Source: Vicinamibacterales bacterium
Lineage (GTDB): Bacteria > Acidobacteriota > Vicinamibacteria > Vicinamibacterales > UBA8438
Assembly: GCA_965203525.1 (NCBI GenBank)
Contig: OZ241898.1
Coordinates: 1,984,176 to 2,048,175, forward strand
Direction: 5' to 3'
DNA: 64,000 nt
Both the position numbers and the translations under genes were made by a program. Below the pieces are notes generated by a model, which was given only the letters and a program-made list of their open reading frames with translations, searched no databases and had not been told where the DNA came from. Every line of letters starts with the position of its first letter. The first letter of the stretch is position 1. Positions 40,244-49,333 of the stretch are shown here, piece after piece.

Positions 40244-40783
40244 TCAATCCTTGCGAGTCTCAGACGGTCGTCCGAGCCGGGCTGCTTCCGTCGCGGAGTC
40301 TCGCAGGTGGATGTTGATCTCGTCAACCTTCCCTTCGACCTTGTTGACGTCCGCCTTGAGGTTCTCTTCGACCTTGTTGATGTCCGCCTTGAGGTTCTCT
40401 TCGACCTTGTTGACGTCCGCCTTGAGGTTCTCTTCGACCTTGTTGACGTCCGCCTTGAGGTTCTCTTCGACCTTGTTGATGTCCGCCTTGAGGTTCTCTT
40501 CGACCTTGTTGATGTCCGCCTTGAGGTTCTCTTCGACCTTGTTGACGTCCGCCTTGAGGTTCCCTTCGACCCTGTTGATGTTCTCGCCGATCCCCTTGTG
40601 TGCATCACGGTTGACGTTGTTGAAGTGAATCATCAACGGAACCAGCACGCCGAGAAGGACGACACCAACACCTATGATAGCCCAGACGTCCGCAGTCGTT
40701 CCGCCGCCATCCGCTGCCGAAGCAGGAACGACCGATCCGAACAGCACCAGCACGAACAGCAGAGCCTTCGTTTTCCAGTCCAT
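40244..40783 (-). CDS. Small membrane-anchored repeat protein, paralog C (179 aa) with signal peptide, TM helix and seven 11-residue repeats
   Basis: MDWKTKALLFVLVLFGSVVPASA signal, TM VWAIIGVGVVLLGVLVPLMIHF, the shared NNVNRDAHKGIGENI block, then 7 x VEENLKAD(V/I)NK. GGGAGG lies upstream. Confidence 0.8.
   Translation of the reverse strand: MDWKTKALLFVLVLFGSVVPASAADGGGTTADVWAIIGVGVVLLGVLVPLMIHFNNVNRDAHKGIGENINRVEGNLKADVNKVEENLKADINKVEENLKADINKVEENLKADVNKVEENLKADVNKVEENLKADINKVEENLKADVNKVEGKVDEINIHLRDSATEAARLGRPSETRKD
40337..40567. repeat. Seven head-to-tail 33-bp repeats (in-frame, coding) inside paralog C
   Basis: The unit gaccttgttga(c/t)gtccgccttgaggttctcttc starts at 40337, 40370, 40403, 40436, 40469, 40502 and 40535. 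The only variable position is one c/t. Confidence 0.95.
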
Positions 40784-40907
40784 GCTTTCCTCCCTTCCCT
40801 CAGTCTACCAGAACCGTTTTGCCAGCTCTAGTCCGTTCGGTCTCCGATCGTTGGCGGCTACGGAGATAGTCAATGATCTGTCCTATGACATCCCCGAGCA
40901 GCGGCCG

Positions 40908-40982
40908 CCGGACTGGCGTCGATGACGAGCCTGCGCGCTCTGGCCGGCTTGTGACGGCTCACTCGCCCCGCGGCGCGCGGCG
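40908..40982. repeat. 'Empty-site'-like junction: a copy of the 3' end of gene 31152-31427 fused to a copy of the 3' end of tyrA
   Basis: 40908-40956 matches 31381-31429 at 46/49 positions. 40955-40982 is identical (28/28) to 41509-41536. Confidence 0.85.
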
Positions 40983-41045
40983 ACCGCCCGTTGCGCAGTC
41001 CCGCACACGCCGTCGCACAGGACGACGTCGTTCGCCCCGCGCCGT

Positions 41046-41387
41046 TCACGGCCAGTGTCCGTTCCCTCCGGCGGCGACGTCACGGACGTAGAACAGCACC
41101 GCCCCGGCAGCCAGGATCCCCCAGCCGATCGGCGCGCCGTAGTCCACGCCGAAGGAGATCCCGATCACGGGCAGGAACGCAGCCCCCACCGCCGGCCAGA
41201 AGAGGAACAGCAGCGCAGGCCGCGCCCGGAATCGTTCGCGCACGTTCCGGGGTTTCGGACGCAGGCCCTTCAGTTCGTCGCCGTCGAAGCCGAGGAGTAC
41301 GGCCGCGATCGCGCCGTGGAACAGAAAGGCGTTCAGGTTCGAGAAGGTCGTGTCCGTGACGAGTTCCGCGGTCCGCGGGTTCGCCAT
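41046..41387 (-). CDS. Small multi-pass membrane protein, unknown function
   Basis: 113 aa from ATG 41387 with two or three hydrophobic helices (FLFHGAIAAVLLGF; LLFLFWPAVGAAFLPVIGISF; IGWGILAAGAVLFYV). The start could be further upstream. Confidence 0.5.
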   Translation of the reverse strand: MANPRTAELVTDTTFSNLNAFLFHGAIAAVLLGFDGDELKGLRPKPRNVRERFRARPALLFLFWPAVGAAFLPVIGISFGVDYGAPIGWGILAAGAVLFYVRDVAAGGNGHWP

Positions 41388-41512
41388 GACGTACGCTGCG
41401 CAGGCGGCGCACGCCGCGACGTTCGTCAACAGCGTCCGCAGGGCCCGGTTCGCGCCCGCGAGCACGGACGCCGCGCGAACCAGGACCACGGCGCCGTCCG
41501 GGGCGCCGCGGC

Positions 41513-42436
41513 TCACTCGCCCCGCGGCGCGCGGCGGCGGGCGGCCAGCGCCGCCCGCCAGCGGGCCGCCGAGTCGAAGGTGCGGTCGATGGTCCCGCCG
41601 TCGGCCAGGCCGTCCCGCACCGTCCGGAGCTCGGCGATCAGCGCATCGAGCGCGGCGCCGATCTCGTCGGCGTTGGTCGCGCAGATGTCCCGCCAGATGT
41701 CGGCCGGGCTCGACGCCAGCCGCGTCGTGTCGGCCAGCCCCCGCCCGCTCAGCGCCAGGCCGTCCTCGCCGATGGCGTCGCCGACGACGCGCATCAGGGC
41801 GCTGGCGGCGAGCTGCGGCACGTGACTGAGGAACGCCAGCAGGCGGTCGTGGGCGTCCGGCGCGAGCACGTGGGGCACCGCTCCGAACCCGGCCACGAAC
41901 CGGCGCAGGCGGTCGAGCGCGTCGCCGCGGCGGTCGTCCGGCGGCGTGAACAGCCAGGGCCGGTCGCGGAACAGGTCCGGCCGCGCGTGGTCGATGCCGC
42001 TGCGCGGCGCGCCGCCGAGCGGGTGGCCGCCGACGAACGTCAGGCGGGACGGCAGCGCGCGGGCCGCCGCGACGACGTCCCGCTTCGTGCTGCCGACGTC
42101 GGTGACCACCGCGGCGCCCCGGACGTGCTCTTCCAGGTCGGCGAGCAGCGCCAGGTTGGCGCGGACCGGGGCGGCCAGCACGACCAGGTCCGCCTCGGCC
42201 AGCACCACCGGGTCGTCCGCCGCGACGTCGATGGCGTGCCGCAGCATCGCGCGCTCGAGCACCGGTTTGTCGTCGACGCCGATCACCAGGCCGGCCGGCC
42301 ACGTCTGCCGCGCGGCAAGGGCCACCGATCCGCCGATCAGGCCGAGTCCGACGACCGCCACCCGCTCGAACACCGGCGGCTCCGGCGCGGCGGCTCCCGG
42401 CTGGATGACCGGCAGGACGCGGGGCGTGTCCGTCAT
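41513..42436 (-). CDS. tyrA: Prephenate dehydrogenase
   Basis: Rossmann fold [16 protein letters not shown] and the GGHPLGG motif. ATG 42436 overlaps the upstream stop (ATGA). Confidence 0.9.
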   Translation of the reverse strand: MTDTPRVLPVIQPGAAAPEPPVFERVAVVGLGLIGGSVALAARQTWPAGLVIGVDDKPVLERAMLRHAIDVAADDPVVLAEADLVVLAAPVRANLALLADLEEHVRGAAVVTDVGSTKRDVVAAARALPSRLTFVGGHPLGGAPRSGIDHARPDLFRDRPWLFTPPDDRRGDALDRLRRFVAGFGAVPHVLAPDAHDRLLAFLSHVPQLAASALMRVVGDAIGEDGLALSGRGLADTTRLASSPADIWRDICATNADEIGAALDALIAELRTVRDGLADGGTIDRTFDSAARWRAALAARRRAPRGE

Positions 42437-43509
42437 GGCCGGCGCCCGCCCGCCCGGACGGGGGACGCCGCCGCGCGGCGGGCCGCCGGCTCCACGCAGA
42501 TGCTGCGGCCGATGGCCGGGGCGATGATGCGCAGCTCGGTCATCAGCCGCTCGAACTGCGCCGGAAACAGCGACTGCGCGCCGTCGCTGCGGGCGCGGTC
42601 CGGATCCGGGTGCACCTCGATGAGCAGGCCGTCGGCGCCCGCCGCCACGGCTGCGCGGGCCATCGGGGCCACCTTGTCGCGCAGGCCGGTCCCGTGGCTC
42701 GGATCGACCACGATCGGCAGGTGGCTCAGCTTGTGGATCACCGGAATCGCGGAGATGTCGAGCGTGTTCCGGGTGTACGACTCGAACGTGCGGATGCCCC
42801 GCTCGCACAGCACGACGCCGGTGTTGCCGCCGGCCAGGACGTACTCGGCCGACAGCAGCCACTCCTCGATGGTCGCCGACAGGCCCCGCTTGAGCAGGAC
42901 CGGCGTCCGCGACCGCCCCAGCTCGCGCAGCAGGGTGTAGTTCTGCATGTTGCGGGCGCCCACCTGCAGCACGTCGGCGTAGCGGTCCACCAGCTCGATC
43001 TGGCCGACGTCCATCACCTCGGTCACCAGCCCGAGCCGGTGCCGGTCGCAGGCGGCGCGCAGCATCCGCAGGCCCGCTTCGCCGAGGCCCTGGAAGCTGT
43101 AGGGCGAGCTGCGCGGCTTGAACGCGCCGCCGCGCAGCATCTTGGCGCCCGCCCCGGCCACCGTGGCGGCCGCCGCTTCCACCTGCTCCTCGGTCTCCGC
43201 CGAGCAGGGGCCGGCCATCACGATCACCTCGTCGCCTCCGATCCGGAACGAGCCCAGCGAGACGACGGTGGGCGTCGGCTTGAAGGTGCGGCTGGCCAGC
43301 TTGTAGGGCTCGGTGATGCGCAGCACCTGCTGGACCCCGTCCATCACCTCGATCACGCCGGTGTCGAAGTCCCGGTTGCCGCCGACCGCCCCGAGCACGG
43401 TCTTGAGGGCGCCGGTCGAGCGGTGCACGTCGAAGTTCCGTTCCACGAGCGTGGCGATGACGTGCTGAATCTGATCCTCGGACGCCCGCTCCTGCATGAC
43501 CACAACCAT
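42433..43509 (-). CDS. 3-deoxy-7-phosphoheptulonate (DAHP) synthase, type I-beta with N-terminal regulatory domain
   Basis: N-terminal ACT/FL-like domain, then GPCSAE...[19 protein letters not shown]...KRG...DPSH, characteristic of the AroF/KDOPS-like class. Confidence 0.9.
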   Translation of the reverse strand: MVVVMQERASEDQIQHVIATLVERNFDVHRSTGALKTVLGAVGGNRDFDTGVIEVMDGVQQVLRITEPYKLASRTFKPTPTVVSLGSFRIGGDEVIVMAGPCSAETEEQVEAAAATVAGAGAKMLRGGAFKPRSSPYSFQGLGEAGLRMLRAACDRHRLGLVTEVMDVGQIELVDRYADVLQVGARNMQNYTLLRELGRSRTPVLLKRGLSATIEEWLLSAEYVLAGGNTGVVLCERGIRTFESYTRNTLDISAIPVIHKLSHLPIVVDPSHGTGLRDKVAPMARAAVAAGADGLLIEVHPDPDRARSDGAQSLFPAQFERLMTELRIIAPAIGRSICVEPAARRAAASPVRAGGRRP

Positions 43510-43551
43510 CGCACTTCACTCCCCTGCGCCCGGCGTTCCGCCGCGGGCCGC

Positions 43552-43959
43552 CTACCCGTCACCTGACCGGGGACGCCGGCGGCCGGCTTCCGGCTCCGCG
43601 CCCGGCGTCACGCCGCCGGCCGCCTGCCCGTCCCCGGGCTCCTGCGCGTCCCGGAGCCGCTCCAGGCGGCGCGATTCGTCGATGATCCGCTCGAACAGCC
43701 GGATGACCGCGACGTCCGGCAGGGGCCCCGGATTGACCCGCCGCACGTGGTCGAGCACCGTCCGTTCCCGGCCCGGCTGGTAGACTTCCATCCCCACCCG
43801 TTCCTTGAGCCGGCCGATCTCGTCCGCCCACGTCGCCCGCTCGTTCAGAAGCCGCACGATCTCCTCGTCCAGCGCATCGATCCGGCGCCGGCAGGCGTCG
43901 AGTTGCTCCGCGATGCTCTCCGGGGCGGGAGAATCGCCCCCGGACCTGCCCTCCGGCAT
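43552..43959 (-). CDS. Chorismate mutase (AroQ class)
   Basis: LDACRRRIDALDEEIVRLLNERATWADEIGRLK...RERTVLDHV is the typical CM_2 helix pattern, with a low-complexity C-terminal tail. Confidence 0.85.
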   Translation of the reverse strand: MPEGRSGGDSPAPESIAEQLDACRRRIDALDEEIVRLLNERATWADEIGRLKERVGMEVYQPGRERTVLDHVRRVNPGPLPDVAVIRLFERIIDESRRLERLRDAQEPGDGQAAGGVTPGAEPEAGRRRPRSGDG

Positions 43960-43960
43960 C

Positions 43961-44797
43961 TCACCGGTTCCCCGCGGCCGCCGGGGGCGCGGCGCAGCCC
44001 TCCGGGGCGTCGGCTTCGCCCCGCAGCCAGCGCACGTACCGTTCGACGTCCTCCAGCACGCGGTCCGGCGCGGCGCGGGCGGCGACGTCGATCAGCGCGC
44101 TGCCGACGACCGCGGCGTCGGCCCAGCGCCCCACCTGCGCCACGTGCTCGGGCCGCGAGATGCCGAAGCCGAGTGCGACCGGCAGATCGGTGACGGACCG
44201 GATCCTGGCGACCAGCGCCTCGGCGCCCGCGGCGATCGCGTCGCGGGCGCCGGTCACCCCGAGGCGCGAGATGCCGTACAGGAAGCCGCGGCCCAGCTCG
44301 GCCGCCCGGCGCATGCGCGCGTCGGTGGTGGTCGGGCTGAGCAGGAAGATCGGGTCGATGCCGGCGCCGATCGCCGCGGCGCGGAACCCGTCGGCCTCCT
44401 CGACGGGCAGGTCGAGGACCAGGACGCCGTCGACGCCGGCCGCCGCGGCGCGTTCGACGAACGGGGCCGTCCCCATGCGGAGGATCGGGTTCGCGTAGCT
44501 GAACAGCACGACGCCGGCAGAGATCTCCGGCCGGACCTCGGCCACCAGATCGAGCACGCGGCGCAGGGTGGCGCCGGCGCGCAGGGCGCGTTCCGACGCC
44601 CGCTGGATCACCGGTCCGTCGGCGAGCGGGTCGGAGAAGGGAACGCCCACCTCCAGGACGTCGGCCCCCGCCCGGTCGAGCGCCCGCAGGATCGCGGCGG
44701 ACCGTTCCAGATCGGGGTCGCCGGCGGTCGTGAACGTCACCAGCCCGCGCCGGCCGCGGCGCCGCAGGTTCCCGAACGTACGCTCCAGACGCGACAT
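43961..44797 (-). CDS. trpA: Tryptophan synthase alpha chain
   Basis: LVTFTTAGDPDLE...LEVGVPFSDPLADGPVIQ signature. Confidence 0.95.
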   Translation of the reverse strand: MSRLERTFGNLRRRGRRGLVTFTTAGDPDLERSAAILRALDRAGADVLEVGVPFSDPLADGPVIQRASERALRAGATLRRVLDLVAEVRPEISAGVVLFSYANPILRMGTAPFVERAAAAGVDGVLVLDLPVEEADGFRAAAIGAGIDPIFLLSPTTTDARMRRAAELGRGFLYGISRLGVTGARDAIAAGAEALVARIRSVTDLPVALGFGISRPEHVAQVGRWADAAVVGSALIDVAARAAPDRVLEDVERYVRWLRGEADAPEGCAAPPAAAGNR

Positions 44798-44803
44798 CCT
44801 GCC

Positions 44804-46105
44804 CTACCCTTCCGCCGCCGCGCGTTCCCGGACGGCCGCCGCGGTCGGCGCTGCCGGCCGGACCGCCTGCTTCTCCGGCTCCTCCGCCTCGCGCTCCCGG
44901 ACGGTGTCCACGTCCTTGTCGCCGCGGCCCGAAAGGTTCACGGCGACGATCCGGCCGCGGCCGAGCGTCTGCGCGAGCCGGCCGGCGTACGACACCGCGT
45001 GGGCCGACTCGAGGGCCGGCAGAATCCCCTCCGTGCGGGCGAGCAGGCGGAACGCCGCGAGCGCCTCGCCGTCGGACACCGACGCGTACTCGGCGCGGCC
45101 GAGGTCGCGGAGCCACGCATGCTCCGGCCCCACCGCGGCGTAGTCGAGCCCGGCCGACACGGAGTGCGTCGGCTCGACGTTGCCGTTCGGATCCTGCAGC
45201 AGGTAGCTGCGCGTGCCCTGCAGCACGCCGGCCGTCCCGGTTGCGAACCGGGCGGCGTGCCGGCCCGCGGCGAGCGCCTCGCCGCCCGCCTCGACGCCGA
45301 TCAGCCGCACGTCCGCGTCGTCGACGAAGCCGTCGAAGATGCCGAGGGCGTTGCTGCCGCCCCCCACGCAGGCGACCACGGCGTCCGGCGCCCGTCCCGC
45401 CGCCTCCCGCATCTGCGCGCGCGCCTCGCGGCCGATCACCGACTGGAACTCGCGCACCAGCAGCGGGTACGGATGCGGGCCGAGCACCGAGCCGAGCAGG
45501 TAGTAGGTGTCCTCGACGTTCGTCACCCAGTCGCGCATCGCCTCGTTGATGGCGTCCTTCAGCGTCCGGCTGCCGGCGTCGACCCGCGAGACCGTCGCCC
45601 CGAGCAGCCGCATCCGGTAGACGTTGAGCGCCTGCCGCCGCACGTCTTCGGCGCCCATGTAGACCTCGCAGGCGAGGCCGAGCAGCGCGCAGGCGGTGGC
45701 GGTGGCCACGCCGTGCTGCCCGGCGCCGGTCTCCGCCACCACGCGCCGCTTCCCCATCCGGACCGCGAGCAGCGCCTGGCCGAGGGCGTTGTTGATCTTG
45801 TGGGCGCCGGTGTGGGCCAGATCCTCCCGCTTGAGGAAGATCCGCGCCACGCCGTCCGGCCCCGCCCCCGGCGCGAGCGCGGCGCGCAGGCGGGCCGCCT
45901 CGCAGACCGGCGTGGGCCGGCCGACGTAGCGCCGCAGCAGCGTTTCGAGCTCGGCGGAGAACGCCGGGTCCGCGCGGGCCGCGCGGTACGCCCGCTCCAG
46001 CTCCTCCACCGGCGCGACGAGGGTCTCCGGCACGAACCGGCCCCCGTACTCCCCGAAGTACCCGCGCGGGTCCGGATCGCGCCGCCCGAAGCTGGGAACC
46101 GTCAT
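44804..46105 (-). CDS. trpB: Tryptophan synthase beta chain
   Basis: [12 protein letters not shown] and PLP site [20 protein letters not shown]. Confidence 0.95.
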   Translation of the reverse strand: MTVPSFGRRDPDPRGYFGEYGGRFVPETLVAPVEELERAYRAARADPAFSAELETLLRRYVGRPTPVCEAARLRAALAPGAGPDGVARIFLKREDLAHTGAHKINNALGQALLAVRMGKRRVVAETGAGQHGVATATACALLGLACEVYMGAEDVRRQALNVYRMRLLGATVSRVDAGSRTLKDAINEAMRDWVTNVEDTYYLLGSVLGPHPYPLLVREFQSVIGREARAQMREAAGRAPDAVVACVGGGSNALGIFDGFVDDADVRLIGVEAGGEALAAGRHAARFATGTAGVLQGTRSYLLQDPNGNVEPTHSVSAGLDYAAVGPEHAWLRDLGRAEYASVSDGEALAAFRLLARTEGILPALESAHAVSYAGRLAQTLGRGRIVAVNLSGRGDKDVDTVREREAEEPEKQAVRPAAPTAAAVRERAAAEG

Positions 46106-46230
46106 GCGCGCGCCACCTCCTCGAAGAAAACGCGCAGGCGGCCGGCGTCCTTGTCGCGCCGCCCGAAGCCGGGGACCGTCATGCGCGCGCCACCTCCTCG
46201 AAGAAAACGCGCAGGCGGCCGGCGTCCTTG
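46077..46230. repeat. Tandem duplication (2 x 77 bp, 75/77 identical) of the trpF-stop/trpB-start junction
   Basis: Unit 1 is 46077-46153 and unit 2 is 46154-46230. Each contains ...gtcatgcgcgcgccacctcctcgaagaaaacgcgcaggcggccggcgtccttg. Confidence 0.95.
46102..46182 (-). CDS. 26-codon chimeric mini-ORF created by the duplication (trpB codons 1-10 fused to trpF last 16 codons)
   Basis: [26 protein letters not shown]. Its ATG overlaps the trpF stop (ATGA) and its stop overlaps the trpB ATG (ATGA). Whether it is translated is unknown. Confidence 0.35.
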   Translation of the reverse strand: MTVPGFGRRDKDAGRLRVFFEEVARA

Positions 46231-46799
46231 CGGCCGGGTTGCGTCTCGACGCCGCTGGAGACGTCGACGCCGTACGGCCGGACCGTGCGCAGCGCCTCGG
46301 CCACGTTGCCGGGGCCCAGGCCGCCGGCCAGAAAGATCCGCCGGCCCGCGGCCACTTCCGCCGCCACGCCCCAGTCGACGGTGCGGCCGGTGCCGCCCCT
46401 GCGCACCGGGTCGCGGGCGTCGAGCAGCACCGTGACCCGCCGCGGCACCCGTTCGGCGGCGGCGCGGGTGGCCGCGCCCGCCACCGGCACCGCCTTCAGC
46501 ACGCGGTACGGCAGGCCGTCGCACAGCGTGGCCGGCTCGTCGCCGTGGAGCTGCACCGCCGCCAGCCCCACCCGCGCGGCGATCCGCCGCACGTCGTCGA
46601 CCCGCGGATCGACGAAGACCCCCACCGGCGCGACGTCGGCCGGCAACGCGCGCGCGATCTCCGCCGCCGCCTCCGGCTCCACGTACCGCGGGCTGTGCGG
46701 CCAGAAGACGAAACCGACGGCCGAGGCGCCCAGATCGGCGGCGAGCAGGGCGTCCTCGCGCCGCGTGATCCCGCACACCTTCACCCTGGCGCCGGTCAC
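46179..46799 (-). CDS. trpF: Phosphoribosylanthranilate isomerase
   Basis: [12 protein letters not shown]...[13 protein letters not shown]...QLHGDE...SSGVE motifs. GTG 46799 overlaps the trpC stop (GTGA). Confidence 0.9.
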   Translation of the reverse strand: MTGARVKVCGITRREDALLAADLGASAVGFVFWPHSPRYVEPEAAAEIARALPADVAPVGVFVDPRVDDVRRIAARVGLAAVQLHGDEPATLCDGLPYRVLKAVPVAGAATRAAAERVPRRVTVLLDARDPVRRGGTGRTVDWGVAAEVAAGRRIFLAGGLGPGNVAEALRTVRPYGVDVSSGVETQPGRKDAGRLRVFFEEVARA

Positions 46800-47734
46800 C
46801 GCGCCGCTCCCGGGCCGCGTCGCGGCCGGGGACCGCGCGGCGCCGGTCCGGCCGCGGCGAGCAGCCGCGCAAGCTCCGCGCCCGGATCCGGCCGGCCCAG
46901 GAGCGACTCGCCCATCAGGAACGCGTCGTACCCCGCGCCCCGCAGCGCCTGCAGGTCGGCCGCGGTGCGCAGCCCGCTCTCCGCCACCGCCACGACCCCT
47001 TCCGGAACCGCCTCGATCAGGGTCCGGGACGCCTCGAGGTCGACGGCGAGCGTCCGCAGGTTGCGGTTGTTGACGCCGACCACCGCCGCGCCCGCCGCGA
47101 GCACCCGGTCGAGCTCGCGCCGATCGTGCGCTTCCGCCAGCACCGCCAGCCCGAGCCCGGAAGCCTCCGCGGCGAGCCGCCGGAGCGTCCGGTCGTCGAG
47201 CCCGGCCGCGATCAGGAGCGCCGCGTCGGCGCCGGCCGCCCGCCCTTCGAGCAACTGGTATTCGGAGACGATGAAGTCCTTCTGCAGCAGCGGCGGATCG
47301 ACGCACGCGCGCACCGCGCCGAGATGGTCGAGTCCGCCGTCGAAGAACGCCGGTTCGGTCAGGACGGAGATGGCGGCGGCGCCGGCTTCCGCGTAGCCGG
47401 CCGCGATCGCCGCCGGGTCGTAGTCCGCCCGGATCACGCCGCGGGACGGCGAGCGGCGCTTGCATTCGGCAATCACGCTGCAGCGGCGCGGGTCGGCCAG
47501 CGCGGCGACGAACCGGCCGCCCCGCGGCCGGCGTTCCGCCGCCGCCCGCTCCAGGTCGCGCAGCGGACGCCGCGCCCGCCGGTCGGCCACGGCGCGGCGC
47601 GTCGCGGCGACGATCGTCTCCAGCAGGTCGGCCGGCGGCGCCGGCCCGGCGGCGGCCACGCGCGGAAGGTCCGGCGCGACACGTCCGGCGCGGTCTTCCC
47701 GGCCGGCCGGCGGCGCCGGCCCGGCGGCGGTCAC
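46796..47734 (-). CDS. trpC: Indole-3-glycerol-phosphate synthase
   Basis: IAECKRRSPSRG, ISVLTEPAFF, QKDFIV and VGVNNRNL motifs. The start is uncertain. GTG 47734 (GTGA overlap with trpD) gives an N-terminal extension of about 40 aa. Confidence 0.85.
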   Translation of the reverse strand: MTAAGPAPPAGREDRAGRVAPDLPRVAAAGPAPPADLLETIVAATRRAVADRRARRPLRDLERAAAERRPRGGRFVAALADPRRCSVIAECKRRSPSRGVIRADYDPAAIAAGYAEAGAAAISVLTEPAFFDGGLDHLGAVRACVDPPLLQKDFIVSEYQLLEGRAAGADAALLIAAGLDDRTLRRLAAEASGLGLAVLAEAHDRRELDRVLAAGAAVVGVNNRNLRTLAVDLEASRTLIEAVPEGVVAVAESGLRTAADLQALRGAGYDAFLMGESLLGRPDPGAELARLLAAAGPAPRGPRPRRGPGAAR

Positions 47735-48745
47735 GCCTCTTCCCCCGGCTCCCGCGAACATCGCGCCATCCGCTCCAGGGTCGCCGCCGCGCGTCCGCTC
47801 CGCAGCGCTTCGAGTCCCGTCCGCACGCCGTCGGCGAGCGACTCGACCCGGCCCGCCACCAGCAGTCCGGCGGCGGCGTTGGCGAGCACGAAGTCGCGCG
47901 GCGGACCCGGCGCGCCGCCCAGCACCTCCCGCGCGACGCGGACGCTGCCGTCCGGCCCGTCGACGCGCAGCCGCTCGGGCGTCGCCGGCGGCAGCCCGAA
48001 ATCGGACGGGTGCACGCAGAACGTCGAGATCTTGCCGTCGCGCACCTCGCACACCCGGGTGTGCCCCACCGCCGAGATTTCGTCGAGCCCCTCCGCGCCG
48101 TGCACCACCCAGGCGCGCTCCGAGCCGAGCGCGGCCAGTGCGCGGGCCACCAGATCGGCCAGTTCGGGCCGCGGCACGCCGACCACCTGCCGCCGGGCGC
48201 CGGCCGGGTTGGTCAGCGGACCGAGCAGGTTGAACGCCGTCCGGATGCCGAGCTCCCGGCGCACCGGGCCGGCGTGCCGCATCGACGGATGGAAGGTCGG
48301 CGCGAAGAAGAACGCGATGCCCGCCTCGTCGAGACAGCGTTCGACCACCGCGGGCGGCGCCGCCACGTTCACGCCGAGCGCCTCGAACAGGTCCGCGCTC
48401 CCGCAGCGGCTCGACACCGCCCGGTTGCCGTGCTTGGCCACCTCCACGCCGCACGCGGCGAGCACGAGCGCCGAGAGCGACGAGACGTTGAAGGTGTGCG
48501 ACCGGTCGCCGCCGGTGCCGCAGGTGTCGAAGCACGCCGCGCGGGGACGCGACAGCGCCACCGCGTGCGCCCGCATCGCGCGCGCGAGGCCGACGATCTC
48601 CCCCGGACGCTCCCCCTTCATCGCCAGCGCGACCAGGAAGCCGGCGATCTGGGCCGGGGTGGCGGCGCCCTCCATCACCTGCCCCATCGCCGCGGCGGCC
48701 TGCTCCGCGGTCAGATCCTCGCGCCGCAGCAGCGTGTCGAGCGTG

Positions 48746-48753
<8 letters not shown>
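47731..48753 (-). CDS. trpD: Anthranilate phosphoribosyltransferase
   Basis: CGTGGDRSHTFNVS and KHGNRAVSSRCGSAD motifs. Confidence 0.95.

Positions 48754-49332
<579 letters not shown>

Positions 49333-49333
<1 letters not shown>

Noticed and set aside
40337-40567. Regular 33-bp repeats considered as a CRISPR array
   Set aside because: The units are contiguous with no spacers and lie in frame within an ORF, encoding an 11-residue protein repeat. No cas genes are nearby.
40180-40831. Three alternative-frame ORFs across the repeat (KRTSRRTSTRS..., ALRFSSTLL..., DVRLEVLFDLV...)
   Set aside because: They are by-products of the 33-bp periodicity. Only the minus-strand 40244-40783 frame has a signal peptide, TM helix, RBS and homology to paralogs A and B.
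41055-43566. Plus-strand ORFs (41055-41825, 41822-42940, 42610-43566) over the tyrA/DAHP synthase region
   Set aside because: They are antisense to two well-supported biosynthetic genes and have no motifs.
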